NCBI GenBank assembly: GCA_947626015.1
Contig: CANQQK010000002.1
Location: 1-41,682, forward strand
Length of the DNA: 41,682 bases
Source: an uncultured Bacilli bacterium
GTDB taxonomy: Bacteria > Bacillota_I > Bacilli_A > RF39 > UBA660
Direction: 5' to 3'
Shown: in pieces, positions 1-9,181 of the stretch
Layout of the letters: every line of letters begins with the position of its first letter
How positions within the stretch are numbered: position 1 is the stretch's first letter
The notes under the pieces: model-generated
Told to the model about the DNA's origin: nothing
The model's input: only the letters and a program-made list of their open reading frames with translations
The model's database searches: none
Made by a program: the position numbers and the translations under genes

Positions 1-1499
1 GCCATTTGACTAGCTTCATAAGCATATTTATCATGCATGTAATGAATGACATTCATAGCATTAGAATAAATATAAGCTACCATGCTTAAAACATGTTTAT
101 AAGCTTTCAAAACCTTATCATAATCAAGGACTTCATCCTTGATAGGTTCAAGACCCGGTAAGACCTCTTCTTTGATCATCTCATCAACACCACCATTGAT
201 GGCATATAAAAGTGATTTAGCTAGATTACAACGAGCACCAAAGAATTGCATATCCTTACCAACACGCATTGCTGATACACAACAAGCAATAGCATAATCA
301 CTACCATATATTGGTCGCATTAGATCATCATTTTCATATTGAATAGCATCACTTTGAATGCTCATCTTAGCACAATATTCCTTATAAGGCTTCGGTAACT
401 TCTCACTCCATAAAACGGTCATATTAGGTTCTGGAGAAGTATCCAAATTCGTAAGTGTATTTAAAAGGCGGAAACTCGTCTTTGTAACCAAAGAAGCTTT
501 TTCATCTAACATACCACCCATTGATGAAGTAACCCAAGTTGGATCTCCTGAAAACAATTCATCATATTCCAAGGTACGTAAGTGTCTTACTAAACGTAAT
601 TTGATAACGAATTGATCGATTAGTTCTTGAGCTTCCTCTTCACTGATAAGTTCTTCCTTTAGATCACGATTTAGATAGATATCGATGAAAGCATCGACAC
701 GACCTAAACTCATTGCTGCGCCATTGTTTTCTTTAACAGCAGCAAGGTATCCAAAGTATAGCCATTGAATAGCTTCTTTACCATTCTTAGCTGGTTTTGA
801 GATATCAAAGCCATAGGAAGAAGCCATCTTTTTGATCTCATCTAAAGCACGATATTGCATGCTTAGTTCTTCTCTTTGACGAATAAGTTCTTCCGTCATC
901 GGACCAACAAAGACTTCGTCCCATTCATGCTTTTTTTGTTCCATCAAATAATCGATACCATAAAGCGCAATACGACGATAGTCACCAATAATTCTTCCTC
1001 GTCCATAGGCATCTGGTAATCCCGTTAAAAGTCCCGCATGACGCGCCTTACGAATTTGTTGATCATAAGCATCAAAGACCCCATCATTATGGGTCTTACG
1101 ATACTCTTTAAAGCATTGCATCTTATCCTTATTGAATTCATAATGATAAAGCTCTAATTCCTTATCAACCAAACGCATTCCGCCATAGGGATTAACGATT
1201 CTCTTTAAGGGAGCATCCGTTTGTAAACCAACGATAACCTCATTATCCTTATCGATATAACCAGGTTTAAAGGAATTGATTCCTGAAAAATTTTCACAAT
1301 CGATATCTAAGACATGTTTCTTAAGCTCACTCTTTAATAATTCCTCACAGCGATGCCATACCGTCTTAGTCTTCGTCGTTGGCCCTGCTAAAAAGGATGC
1401 ATTACCTGTATATTCCTCATAATTTAAAGCGATAAAGTTAGCAACATCAATATTTTCACACCATTTACCACTCTTAAAATCACGCCATTCTTCTTTCAT
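1..1499 (-). CDS. pflB: Pyruvate formate-lyase (formate C-acetyltransferase), N-terminal ~500 aa; 3' end runs off the window
   Basis: Absent from the ORF track because no stop lies in the window. Hand translation from ATG at 1499 gives [23 protein letters not shown]...[20 protein letters not shown]...[12 protein letters not shown]...[29 protein letters not shown]. This is the PFL fold with the adjacent catalytic Cys-Cys. SD GGGTGAG lies 4 nt upstream. Confidence 0.93.
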   Translation of the reverse strand, partial: MKEEWRDFKSGKWCENIDVANFIALNYEEYTGNASFLAGPTTKTKTVWHRCEELLKSELKKHVLDIDCENFSGINSFKPGYIDKDNEVIVGLQTDAPLKRIVNPYGGMRLVDKELELYHYEFNKDKMQCFKEYRKTHNDGVFDAYDQQIRKARHAGLLTGLPDAYGRGRIIGDYRRIALYGIDYLMEQKKHEWDEVFVGPMTEELIRQREELSMQYRALDEIKKMASSYGFDISKPAKNGKEAIQWLYFGYLAAVKENNGAAMSLGRVDAFIDIYLNRDLKEELISEEEAQELIDQFVIKLRLVRHLRTLEYDELFSGDPTWVTSSMGGMLDEKASLVTKTSFRLLNTLTNLDTSPEPNMTVLWSEKLPKPYKEYCAKMSIQSDAIQYENDDLMRPIYGSDYAIACCVSAMRVGKDMQFFGARCNLAKSLLYAINGGVDEMIKEEVLPGLEPIKDEVLDYDKVLKAYKHVLSMVAYIYSNAMNVIHYMHDKYAYEASQM

Positions 1500-1590
1500 T
1501 TTACTCACCCTTTATTCATTCTTTATTTTATCATTAATTCCCTATTTTATGACTTAAGGTGTAATAAAATGACAATCCATTTACATATCA

Positions 1591-3693
1591 TTAATTATCA
1601 AAGGAGAACACAATATTATCTTTATCAAGTTTTAATTTAGCAGCAAACATCTTACCATTCTTCGAAGTAAAGCCTTCGATTTTCGAAGTAACACCATCAT
1701 TTAAAAGAAGGATGGCATTTCTTTTTGATATGACCCGATTACAAATTGTGGTATTGATCTTAAATTTACAATTCTTATAATCACTACATCCATAACTAAA
1801 ACGGGTTTTAATAACATCTTTACCACATAGTGGACATTTACCGATAACATCACCATAGAAACCAGTATCGGTATCGGTTTCTAGAGGTTCCTCTTTAATA
1901 TTAAAGACCTCTTTAATTTCATCCTTTGCTAAGGATACAGCATCATCGATACTCATCTCATCATGATATACTTTCTTCAATGCTTTACCCATTTCACTGG
2001 TCTTATATTTATCCATATTGATCTTCATTTGTTTCATGGATTCGATTAAAAATTCACCATTAGGTAAGATGGTATAAACATCCTTTTTAAGTAAAATATA
2101 TTCACTCTTACGAGCATTATCGATGATGCCCGTACGCGTAGCTTCGGTACCTAATTCCAAACCTTCGAAGATGGCTTTATAATCTTCAGTATCATCTTCA
2201 TATTCACTACCTTCTAATTCCTTTTTATCATCTTTAAAAGGATTTTTAAGATAGTTATTTAAGGTTTCAATCGTATAGTGTTTTGGGGGTGTGGTTTCCT
2301 TTTCTTTAGGTACAAAATGGATATTAACCTTATCCCCTATATTGAGATTAGGTAAGATCTTATCCTTCGTACTAGCTTCACTAAATTTGGTCCATCCTGG
2401 TACTAAGATGATATTACCCTTTAGATTAAATTCTTCTAAGTCCCCGACTTTGATCTTGATCTCGGTCTTTTCAACTTCACATTCTTCACTACAGAATACC
2501 GCTACGAAGCGTTTGATAACGGTTTGATAAACCAAGAACTCCTCTTCCGTTAGCTTAGCTTTATCGGGTATTTTATAGGTTGGTGTTAAAGCTGAGTGGG
2601 ATTCAATCTTGGAATCATCAAAGATGGTTTTCTTATCCTTAAACTTAACGGGATAACCGATCTTGGCAATATTATTGATGATGGTTTTGATCTTATCCTT
2701 TTCGGCGGTTGCTAAGTATTCCGAATTGGTACGAGGATAGGTAAGATATCCACTTTCATAAAGCTTTTGCGCGATATCCAAGGATTTATCCATCGGCATC
2801 TTATATTTCTTTCCTAAATAGTTTTGGAGCTTTGTTAAGGAGAAAAGTTTAGGGGGATTCATGACATCCTTCTTGACCTTTTTATCCGTTACAATAGCTT
2901 CACTAGCATTATATTTTTGACATAGTTCTAAAGCTTTATTTTGCTCCTTTTTGTCAAACTTCTCCTTGCTCGTAAGTTCGATTTCTTCTCCATTGGTCAC
3001 TTCATTGCTCCAAAGGCCATAATAGATATCGGGTTTAAAGTTACGAATCGCCATATCCCGGTCATATATGGCTTTAACGATTGGTACGATAACCCTTCCC
3101 ACCCTTAAAAGGGTGCCGGTCTTAAGAGTCGCATAGCGCGTAAGATTAACCCCATAAAGCCAGTCGATAAAGGTCCTTGCAAACCCTTCATTAGCAAGAT
3201 TATCATAATCACTATCATCTTGCATCGTCTTTAAGCCCTCCCTAATGGTCTCAGGTGTTTGATCTGGAAGCCAAAGTCTTTTAATCGTCTTATCCGTCTT
3301 CAATGCATTTTGAATACATAAACGAATGATAACCTCACCTTCACGGTCAGCATCACCAGCATTAACGATTACTTTTACATCTTCCCTATTACAAAGGCTT
3401 TCAATGATCCCAAATTGTTTTTTAACTCCCGTATCAACCTCTTTAGAAGTACTATCTTTCTTAAGATTAAATTTAAACTTCTCGGGAAAACAAGGAAGAT
3501 TATCCAACTTCCAACGATAATCCGTAACATTCTTCTCATAATCTTCGATATCTGCTAAAGTAAAAAGATGTCCAAAAGCCCAACTTACCAAGTATTCATC
3601 ATTCGAATAGAAGCCATCATTTTTTTTCATATTTCCGATCGCACTAACGATGTTTCGCGCAAGAGATGGTTTCTCGGCAATAATCAAAATCAT
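1591..3693 (-). CDS. topB: DNA topoisomerase III (type IA) with C-terminal zinc-finger
   Basis: 700 aa. Toprim start MILIIAEKPSLARNI and the DADREGE acidic cluster are present, followed by a type IA core. C-terminal CPLCGKDV...CSDYKNCKF forms a zinc ribbon. GGAGG SD precedes the ATG. Confidence 0.9.
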   Translation of the reverse strand: MILIIAEKPSLARNIVSAIGNMKKNDGFYSNDEYLVSWAFGHLFTLADIEDYEKNVTDYRWKLDNLPCFPEKFKFNLKKDSTSKEVDTGVKKQFGIIESLCNREDVKVIVNAGDADREGEVIIRLCIQNALKTDKTIKRLWLPDQTPETIREGLKTMQDDSDYDNLANEGFARTFIDWLYGVNLTRYATLKTGTLLRVGRVIVPIVKAIYDRDMAIRNFKPDIYYGLWSNEVTNGEEIELTSKEKFDKKEQNKALELCQKYNASEAIVTDKKVKKDVMNPPKLFSLTKLQNYLGKKYKMPMDKSLDIAQKLYESGYLTYPRTNSEYLATAEKDKIKTIINNIAKIGYPVKFKDKKTIFDDSKIESHSALTPTYKIPDKAKLTEEEFLVYQTVIKRFVAVFCSEECEVEKTEIKIKVGDLEEFNLKGNIILVPGWTKFSEASTKDKILPNLNIGDKVNIHFVPKEKETTPPKHYTIETLNNYLKNPFKDDKKELEGSEYEDDTEDYKAIFEGLELGTEATRTGIIDNARKSEYILLKKDVYTILPNGEFLIESMKQMKINMDKYKTSEMGKALKKVYHDEMSIDDAVSLAKDEIKEVFNIKEEPLETDTDTGFYGDVIGKCPLCGKDVIKTRFSYGCSDYKNCKFKINTTICNRVISKRNAILLLNDGVTSKIEGFTSKNGKMFAAKLKLDKDNIVFSFDN

Positions 3694-3780
3694 GTTTTAC
3701 CTCCATTCTTTTCCTATCTAAATTATATCATATCTTCCTATAATACTTATACATTATTAACTTTCATTTTACTTCTAAAA

Positions 3781-3811
3781 ATGATAAAAACCATAGGTTT
3801 ACCTATGGTTT
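3781..3811 (-). terminator. Rho-independent terminator after yukD/esaB
   Basis: Stem AACCATAGG (3789-3797) pairs with CCTATGGTT (3802-3810) around a 4-nt loop. A U-run follows on the minus strand. The hairpin overlaps the stop codon. Confidence 0.65.
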
Positions 3812-4070
3812 AATATAATACTAATTTCGTTGAATTTCTTATCGTTGTATCGATTATTAGTTTATTGGGATCATATTCTTCACCAGTTCTTTGATTAACA
3901 AGTAAAGCATTAGGATTGATCTTATAGGAAGCAGCTACGGTTTCTTGAATTGCTTTTTGTAACATGAATGTTACATAAGCAACGGTTTTAGTAGTTGGTA
4001 TATAAACATCTAATACTCTTTCAACATCCGTAAATGTTACAGATATTAAAACCGAATAATCTTTATTCAT
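3810..4070 (-). CDS. esaB: YukD/EsaB-like small ubiquitin-fold T7SS protein
   Basis: 86 aa, with start overlapping the essC stop (TAATG). SD GAGGAGGAAGAG lies inside the essC 3' end. Size, position and the beta-grasp-like C-terminal pattern (LIIDTTIRNSTKLVLY) resemble YukD/EsaB. Assignment rests on context and pattern only. Confidence 0.6.
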   Translation of the reverse strand: MNKDYSVLISVTFTDVERVLDVYIPTTKTVAYVTFMLQKAIQETVAASYKINPNALLVNQRTGEEYDPNKLIIDTTIRNSTKLVLY

Positions 4071-7000
4071 TATAACTCTTCCTCCTCTTCCTTAACATCT
4101 TCAATAACCTTTAATTGTTTACCAATACCACTCTCAACGATATAACCAATATCATCAGGTACACCTTGATTAGGTACTCTAATATCAGTCTTAATAACAT
4201 CTAAGAATGATTGTTCTTGTAAACCATTACCGATCCATAAACCATTTAGATTTTGTCTTAATGGATTGATCCACATCTCACCACCGACTTCTCTAACATT
4301 ATTAAAGGTATCGATCATGATGAACGTAATCGTCTTTAATTGTAAAGCATTTAAGATAGCTTGATAGAATAACTCAGAAGTCTTAGCATCTAATGCGGCA
4401 GCAAATTTGGTAAGTTTCTTAATGAAGATATAGGTATGATCCTTTTGATATGGATCCTCTTTAGGATTAAATTTCTTCATCTCTTCTTCAGTATACACAT
4501 ATAGATTTTGCACTACGGTATCGATATCGCTAGATATATAAGCAATATTTTCATTAGTAAAGTATTCATCATATACTTGATCAGGATCGAAGAAATAGAT
4601 CATTTCATTACTACTTAAAGAGTTAATCATTTGACAGATATTACGCGTTGTATCTTCAATCATATCAGCATTCTTACCCATATAGATGAAAGCCATTTCC
4701 TTTTTGAAGTTAACAAATTCCGTTTTAATAGTAAGCGTACGCATACCAACTGGGAACTTCTCCATTGAAGAAAGCAATGGTTTCATTTGTTCATAGGTTA
4801 CGAACTCTGGAATATATGGTACTGAAGGTACCTTTAACTTATAAGCATCGAATAAGACTTTATTTAAGTTCTTAATCGTATCATTGATTTGATCTTCATT
4901 AACTGGTATTGCTCCTTGGAATTCATAGACGGTTCCATCTAATTCCATAATACCACGGCATTTACCATCAGCTGGTGTTATCTTCGTATTCAAGTAATCA
5001 CGATAGTCTTCATCTTTTTCACAGTTTAGAGCAATCGTATAATTCATACAATCACCTAACTTAAATGGTAACTTAGCTGTATTAGTAATGATTAATGATA
5101 TACCATATTTAACACATTCACGTGCTAGGAATAATAAGGTTTCAAAGTGAACTTCAAAGTTTTCCATGAATGCTTGATAGTTATTAATAATTATTAAAAT
5201 TCTTGGTAATCCTTGACCACTTTGTTTAATATATTGATCATAATTACCACCAAATTCATTGAATAAATCCTTACGAACACGCATGGCATTTAAAACGAAT
5301 TTGAAGATACCATCGATCTTATCAACATCAGAGGTTGATGTATAATTACCAACGATTGGGTTTTGATCAAAGACTTTTAAGGTTTCGGCACCACAATCGA
5401 TGATATAGACATTGATCTCTTGTAAACTATAGGTTGTTGCTAAAGAGTATAGGATGGATTGTAAGAATAATTCCTTACCTGCTCCAACCTTACCATAGAT
5501 AGCAATATTACCTTTAGAAGATATTGGTAATGTATATACATTTTGGGATTGCGTATATGGATTATCGTATTCACCAGCTACAGGTTCAACAAAATAGTTT
5601 TGTTTTTGGAAATTATATTTCTTTTTAATATTATCGATATAGATAATATCTGGGATACGATCTAGCCATAATCTTCTTGGATGAATATTCTTTTTCTTAG
5701 CAAGTTCATCAACATATTTGATGATATTTAATAATTGTTCACCAAGATTTTGTTGATTTTGTTGAGCTGCTAATTGTTCATTGGTCATGAAGGTTGCGGT
5801 ATGGATTTCGGAACCAACATTATTGATGATATGAATATCGGTATCGATTTCCTTTTTAACAACTTCACTTGGAACATATTTATAACCAGCATATGCTGAT
5901 TGACCTAAGCCATAGAATTCATTATTACCTACTTGAAGATAGAAGGCACCTGTATTCTTAAGATATGCGGCATCACTAGTTTGAATCATATCTTTGGAAT
6001 CAGCAGTATCTTGAACACGTAATGCTACTTTGAAACGAGCATTGGACCATATTTGGTCGGTAACAACACCACTTGGTTTTTGGGTTGCCAGAATCAAGTG
6101 AACACCTAAGGAACGTCCGATACGTGCTGTAGAAATCAATTGATCCAAGAACTCTGGTTGTTGACTCTTTAACTCCGCAAACTCATCGGAAATGATGAAT
6201 AAGTGTGATAAAGGTTCTTCAAGCAATCCCTTACGATAGAAGTCTTGATATTTCATAATGTTCATGGAACTATCCTTTAACTTTTCACGAGCTTCATTAA
6301 ACATTCTTTGACGACGTTTTAACTCCGCTTCGATGGAAGCAATACTTCTTCGAATTTCTGATTTATCAAGGTTGGTAATCGTACCAACTAAGTGGGGAAG
6401 ACGAATACCTAACTCGGAGTTTTCAAAGGATCCCGCAAGACCTCCACCTTTATAGTCGATAAGAACGAATTGAACTTCATCAGGATGGAAGTTAACAGCT
6501 AAAGATAGGATATAGGTAATAATCCACTCTGATTTACCAGATCCGGTAGTACCTGCTACTAGTCCATGAGGTCCATAAGCTTTTTCATGGGCATCCATCA
6601 TGAATAAATCACCATTTTGATCGATTCCTACCGGAACGGATAATGAGGTAACGATTGGACTATTCTTCCATCTTTCCAAAGAGTTTAATTGCTCAATCTT
6701 ACCAACATTATACATATCCAAGAAACTGATGGATTTTGGTAATTCAAATTTACCCTTTTCAACTTCGATTGGTATATTAGCAAGTCTTTCAATACAACCA
6801 TTCATATCGATCTTGGTATTAAACTCCGCAGCAAATTGTTTTTGCGTTCTCGTTGATAACGTATTACCAAATAAACCACTAATCTTTTCATCGATATTGA
6901 TGAAGGTTGAAACTTGACTTGGTAAATTCGAAATACGATCATTCTTAAATAATATCGTAAAACCATAATTATTTGGGGTATTTAAAACATGTTTAACGAT

Positions 7001-8701
7001 ATCAACATTACGACATAAAGCTAGATCATCAACGATAATAAGATAATATGGTGTAAACTTTTGGAAAGTTGTATCACGTTTATTTTCTTCACTAGATTGA
7101 TCATTTTTATCTTCTTTACAAGCTTCAATACGATTATTTAAAACACTATCCAAGTAATTAGAAATATATTTAATTTCATCGATGCCACATCCAAAGAAAC
7201 GAATCGTCTTTTGATCATCCCAACAATGGATTGATCCCTTTAAATAATTCCAATTACTACTCTTCTTATCGTTCGTAAATAAGACAACCTTTAGTTCGGT
7301 ATAACTATGAAAAGTAAATAATTGTAATAATAAACTATTGATAAAACTTTGCGTTAACATCGTCGCACCAATAGCAGCTACAAATCGATTATCAGCTAAG
7401 GATAAGTTCAAAGGAACATTTTCCATAACACGATTCTTGTTTACTAAATCACGAACCTTTTCTACTAAGGCATTTTCATCGATACCAAATTCTTTTTCTT
7501 CAAAAGATATCTTGGTTTGGGGTTCAACATTACCAATACCTAAACGAACGGTTAAGAAATCTTCATGACTATTGGTACGTTCCCAAAGATTACGTTTCTT
7601 GGTATAGATAATATTTTGACATTCTTCCAAAGAGGTATTGTTTTCCTTAGCAACTTGAATCTCTTTACCAATCTCTTCATTGATCTCTTTTTCTTTACGA
7701 GCAAGATATTTTTCATATTGTTTAATAGCTTTATATTTAGCTTTCGCAGCTTCTCTTCTTTGATAACGACGCGTTAAGGCTGGCCATAGGAATGATGAAG
7801 TCATCGTTAATGCCGTCGTAATAATACTTGGTAAGGCAGACTTTAAAGTCGCTTGTCCGGTAGCAACGTTATTCAAAGTCGTCATCAACATGACACCACT
7901 GGTAAGCATCATCGTCATTTGGGGACCAATCGTTAAGATAGCTGGTTGCGTTCTTTGCTCACGGGCTTGCGGTGGTGCCGCTAATTTAAACTCCTTAGGT
8001 TCAACAACGGTATTGAATCTTGGTGCTCTTGAGAAATTATCTTCAACTTTATATAGTTTTCTTTCGGTTTCTAATTCATAAACATTATCTGCTAAAACAA
8101 CATTTATTTGTTTCGCAGCAAAGATACTTTGATTTAATTTTAGAGGTATTTTAGGTTGCGTATTGATAATGATCAACTTATCACATATTGGTATAATCTT
8201 TAAACCATGTAAGAAGATGGTATCACCATGTAATAAAACTTTCTTCTTTATTTGGACATCATTAACATAGCAGAATCTATCCATGGCTTCGATAACCCAA
8301 ACATTATTCTTATAGGTTAAGATAGCATGGTTATCCTTTACTAAGTTTGATCCATAACAGATAGCTTGTCCACTACCACTACCAATGGTAATCTCATTTT
8401 TATTAAATGTTAAGATATATTTTGTATCGATATAAGTAGGATAACAATAGACATAATATAATTTATTTTCTTCATCACTGATCGTAAAAAAGGAGCTATC
8501 TTCCAAAGTAGCTGTCGTTGATTCAACACCATTAAAGTTTAGTTTTCTTCCCTTATTAGCTAAGACGTTCCATTGACCATCTTTTTCAAAGATAGTAGCT
8601 AGAACTTCATTACCTTCATCATAAATGCAATAGTTTCCTGATATGTCTTCAGGTAGATACAGTTTACGGCTTTTTACACCATTTAAAATTACCAATATCA
8701 T
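4070..8701 (-). CDS. essC: Type VII secretion ATPase EssC/YukB (FHA N-terminus, 2 TM, three FtsK/SpoIIIE P-loop domains)
   Basis: 1543 aa. The N-terminal ~190 aa are FHA-like repeats, and hydrophobic segments lie around aa 255-310. D1 Walker A is GLVAGTTGSGKSE with the DEFAEL Walker B region. D2 has YGKVGAGKE, and the third domain is degenerate. SD GAGGTGG precedes the start. Confidence 0.93.
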   Translation of the reverse strand: MILVILNGVKSRKLYLPEDISGNYCIYDEGNEVLATIFEKDGQWNVLANKGRKLNFNGVESTTATLEDSSFFTISDEENKLYYVYCYPTYIDTKYILTFNKNEITIGSGSGQAICYGSNLVKDNHAILTYKNNVWVIEAMDRFCYVNDVQIKKKVLLHGDTIFLHGLKIIPICDKLIIINTQPKIPLKLNQSIFAAKQINVVLADNVYELETERKLYKVEDNFSRAPRFNTVVEPKEFKLAAPPQAREQRTQPAILTIGPQMTMMLTSGVMLMTTLNNVATGQATLKSALPSIITTALTMTSSFLWPALTRRYQRREAAKAKYKAIKQYEKYLARKEKEINEEIGKEIQVAKENNTSLEECQNIIYTKKRNLWERTNSHEDFLTVRLGIGNVEPQTKISFEEKEFGIDENALVEKVRDLVNKNRVMENVPLNLSLADNRFVAAIGATMLTQSFINSLLLQLFTFHSYTELKVVLFTNDKKSSNWNYLKGSIHCWDDQKTIRFFGCGIDEIKYISNYLDSVLNNRIEACKEDKNDQSSEENKRDTTFQKFTPYYLIIVDDLALCRNVDIVKHVLNTPNNYGFTILFKNDRISNLPSQVSTFINIDEKISGLFGNTLSTRTQKQFAAEFNTKIDMNGCIERLANIPIEVEKGKFELPKSISFLDMYNVGKIEQLNSLERWKNSPIVTSLSVPVGIDQNGDLFMMDAHEKAYGPHGLVAGTTGSGKSEWIITYILSLAVNFHPDEVQFVLIDYKGGGLAGSFENSELGIRLPHLVGTITNLDKSEIRRSIASIEAELKRRQRMFNEAREKLKDSSMNIMKYQDFYRKGLLEEPLSHLFIISDEFAELKSQQPEFLDQLISTARIGRSLGVHLILATQKPSGVVTDQIWSNARFKVALRVQDTADSKDMIQTSDAAYLKNTGAFYLQVGNNEFYGLGQSAYAGYKYVPSEVVKKEIDTDIHIINNVGSEIHTATFMTNEQLAAQQNQQNLGEQLLNIIKYVDELAKKKNIHPRRLWLDRIPDIIYIDNIKKKYNFQKQNYFVEPVAGEYDNPYTQSQNVYTLPISSKGNIAIYGKVGAGKELFLQSILYSLATTYSLQEINVYIIDCGAETLKVFDQNPIVGNYTSTSDVDKIDGIFKFVLNAMRVRKDLFNEFGGNYDQYIKQSGQGLPRILIIINNYQAFMENFEVHFETLLFLARECVKYGISLIITNTAKLPFKLGDCMNYTIALNCEKDEDYRDYLNTKITPADGKCRGIMELDGTVYEFQGAIPVNEDQINDTIKNLNKVLFDAYKLKVPSVPYIPEFVTYEQMKPLLSSMEKFPVGMRTLTIKTEFVNFKKEMAFIYMGKNADMIEDTTRNICQMINSLSSNEMIYFFDPDQVYDEYFTNENIAYISSDIDTVVQNLYVYTEEEMKKFNPKEDPYQKDHTYIFIKKLTKFAAALDAKTSELFYQAILNALQLKTITFIMIDTFNNVREVGGEMWINPLRQNLNGLWIGNGLQEQSFLDVIKTDIRVPNQGVPDDIGYIVESGIGKQLKVIEDVKEEEEEL

Positions 8702-8828
8702 GTTGCCACCTCTATTATTATCTATTATCTTAATTATACAATACTAATGTATATATTTTCAATAAAAAAGGAGAATTTGTATAAAAGATTATTGATTATG
8801 ATATAATGGTATTAGGAGGTTTATAAGG

Positions 8829-9155
8829 ATGGCTGTAGATGTAAATTCTTTAACTGTCGAAAATATTACGCCAGAAATAATGGCGCAAATGGGACCTAGT
8901 GAAATTGCGGCTTTTAAAGCTAAATTAACACCCGAACAAATACAAAGTTTAGCAGATAAATTTGGAGGATCACAAGTGGCTCCACCTGAGGATGCCGGTG
9001 CTACTCCAGTAAATGCAAATCCAAGCTTTGTCGTATCACCAGCAGAGGTTCAACAAATGGCCGAAGCTAATGCTTCTGCTGCAGCCCAAGCTGCTACGAC
9101 TAATAAGGGAGCACCTAGTGAACAAAAAGGGCCAATCACTTTTGGTAGAAAGTAA
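8829..9155 (+). CDS. Small Ala/Pro/Gln-rich protein of unknown function, divergent from essC
   Basis: 108 aa with AGGAGG SD 9 nt upstream and an extended -10 (TGATATAAT) upstream of that. A perfect hairpin terminator follows the stop directly. The gene is visibly GC-richer than its neighbours. No family recognised. Confidence 0.6.
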   Translation: MAVDVNSLTVENITPEIMAQMGPSEIAAFKAKLTPEQIQSLADKFGGSQVAPPEDAGATPVNANPSFVVSPAEVQQMAEANASAAAQAATTNKGAPSEQKGPITFGRK

Positions 9156-9181
9156 AAACACATCACGTGATGTGTTTTTTA
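9154..9181. terminator. Bidirectional rho-independent terminator
   Basis: AAAAACACATCACGTGATGTGTTTTTT is a perfect palindrome flanked by an A-run and a T-run. It sits between the convergent 8829-9155 (+) and 9179-10564 (-) genes. Confidence 0.8.

Noticed and set aside
2291-8081. Short plus-strand ORFs nested antisense in topB and essC, and the nested ORFs in 12613-14161.
   Set aside because: They have no SD sequences and lie antisense to strongly supported long genes. Their composition is typical of AT-rich antisense frames.
1591-8701. topB next to an FtsK/SpoIIIE-type ATPase as a sign of an integrative conjugative element.
   Set aside because: No relaxase, integrase, VirB4/VirD4-like genes, replication genes or att-like repeats are visible. 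The ATPase has the FHA plus triple P-loop layout specific to EssC and is coupled to a YukD-like gene.
8829-9155. The 108-aa plus-strand protein as the missing EsxA/WXG100.
   Set aside because: It has no central WxG and no two-helix hairpin pattern. The C-terminal half is Ala/Pro/Gln-rich and probably disordered. Its size match alone is not evidence.
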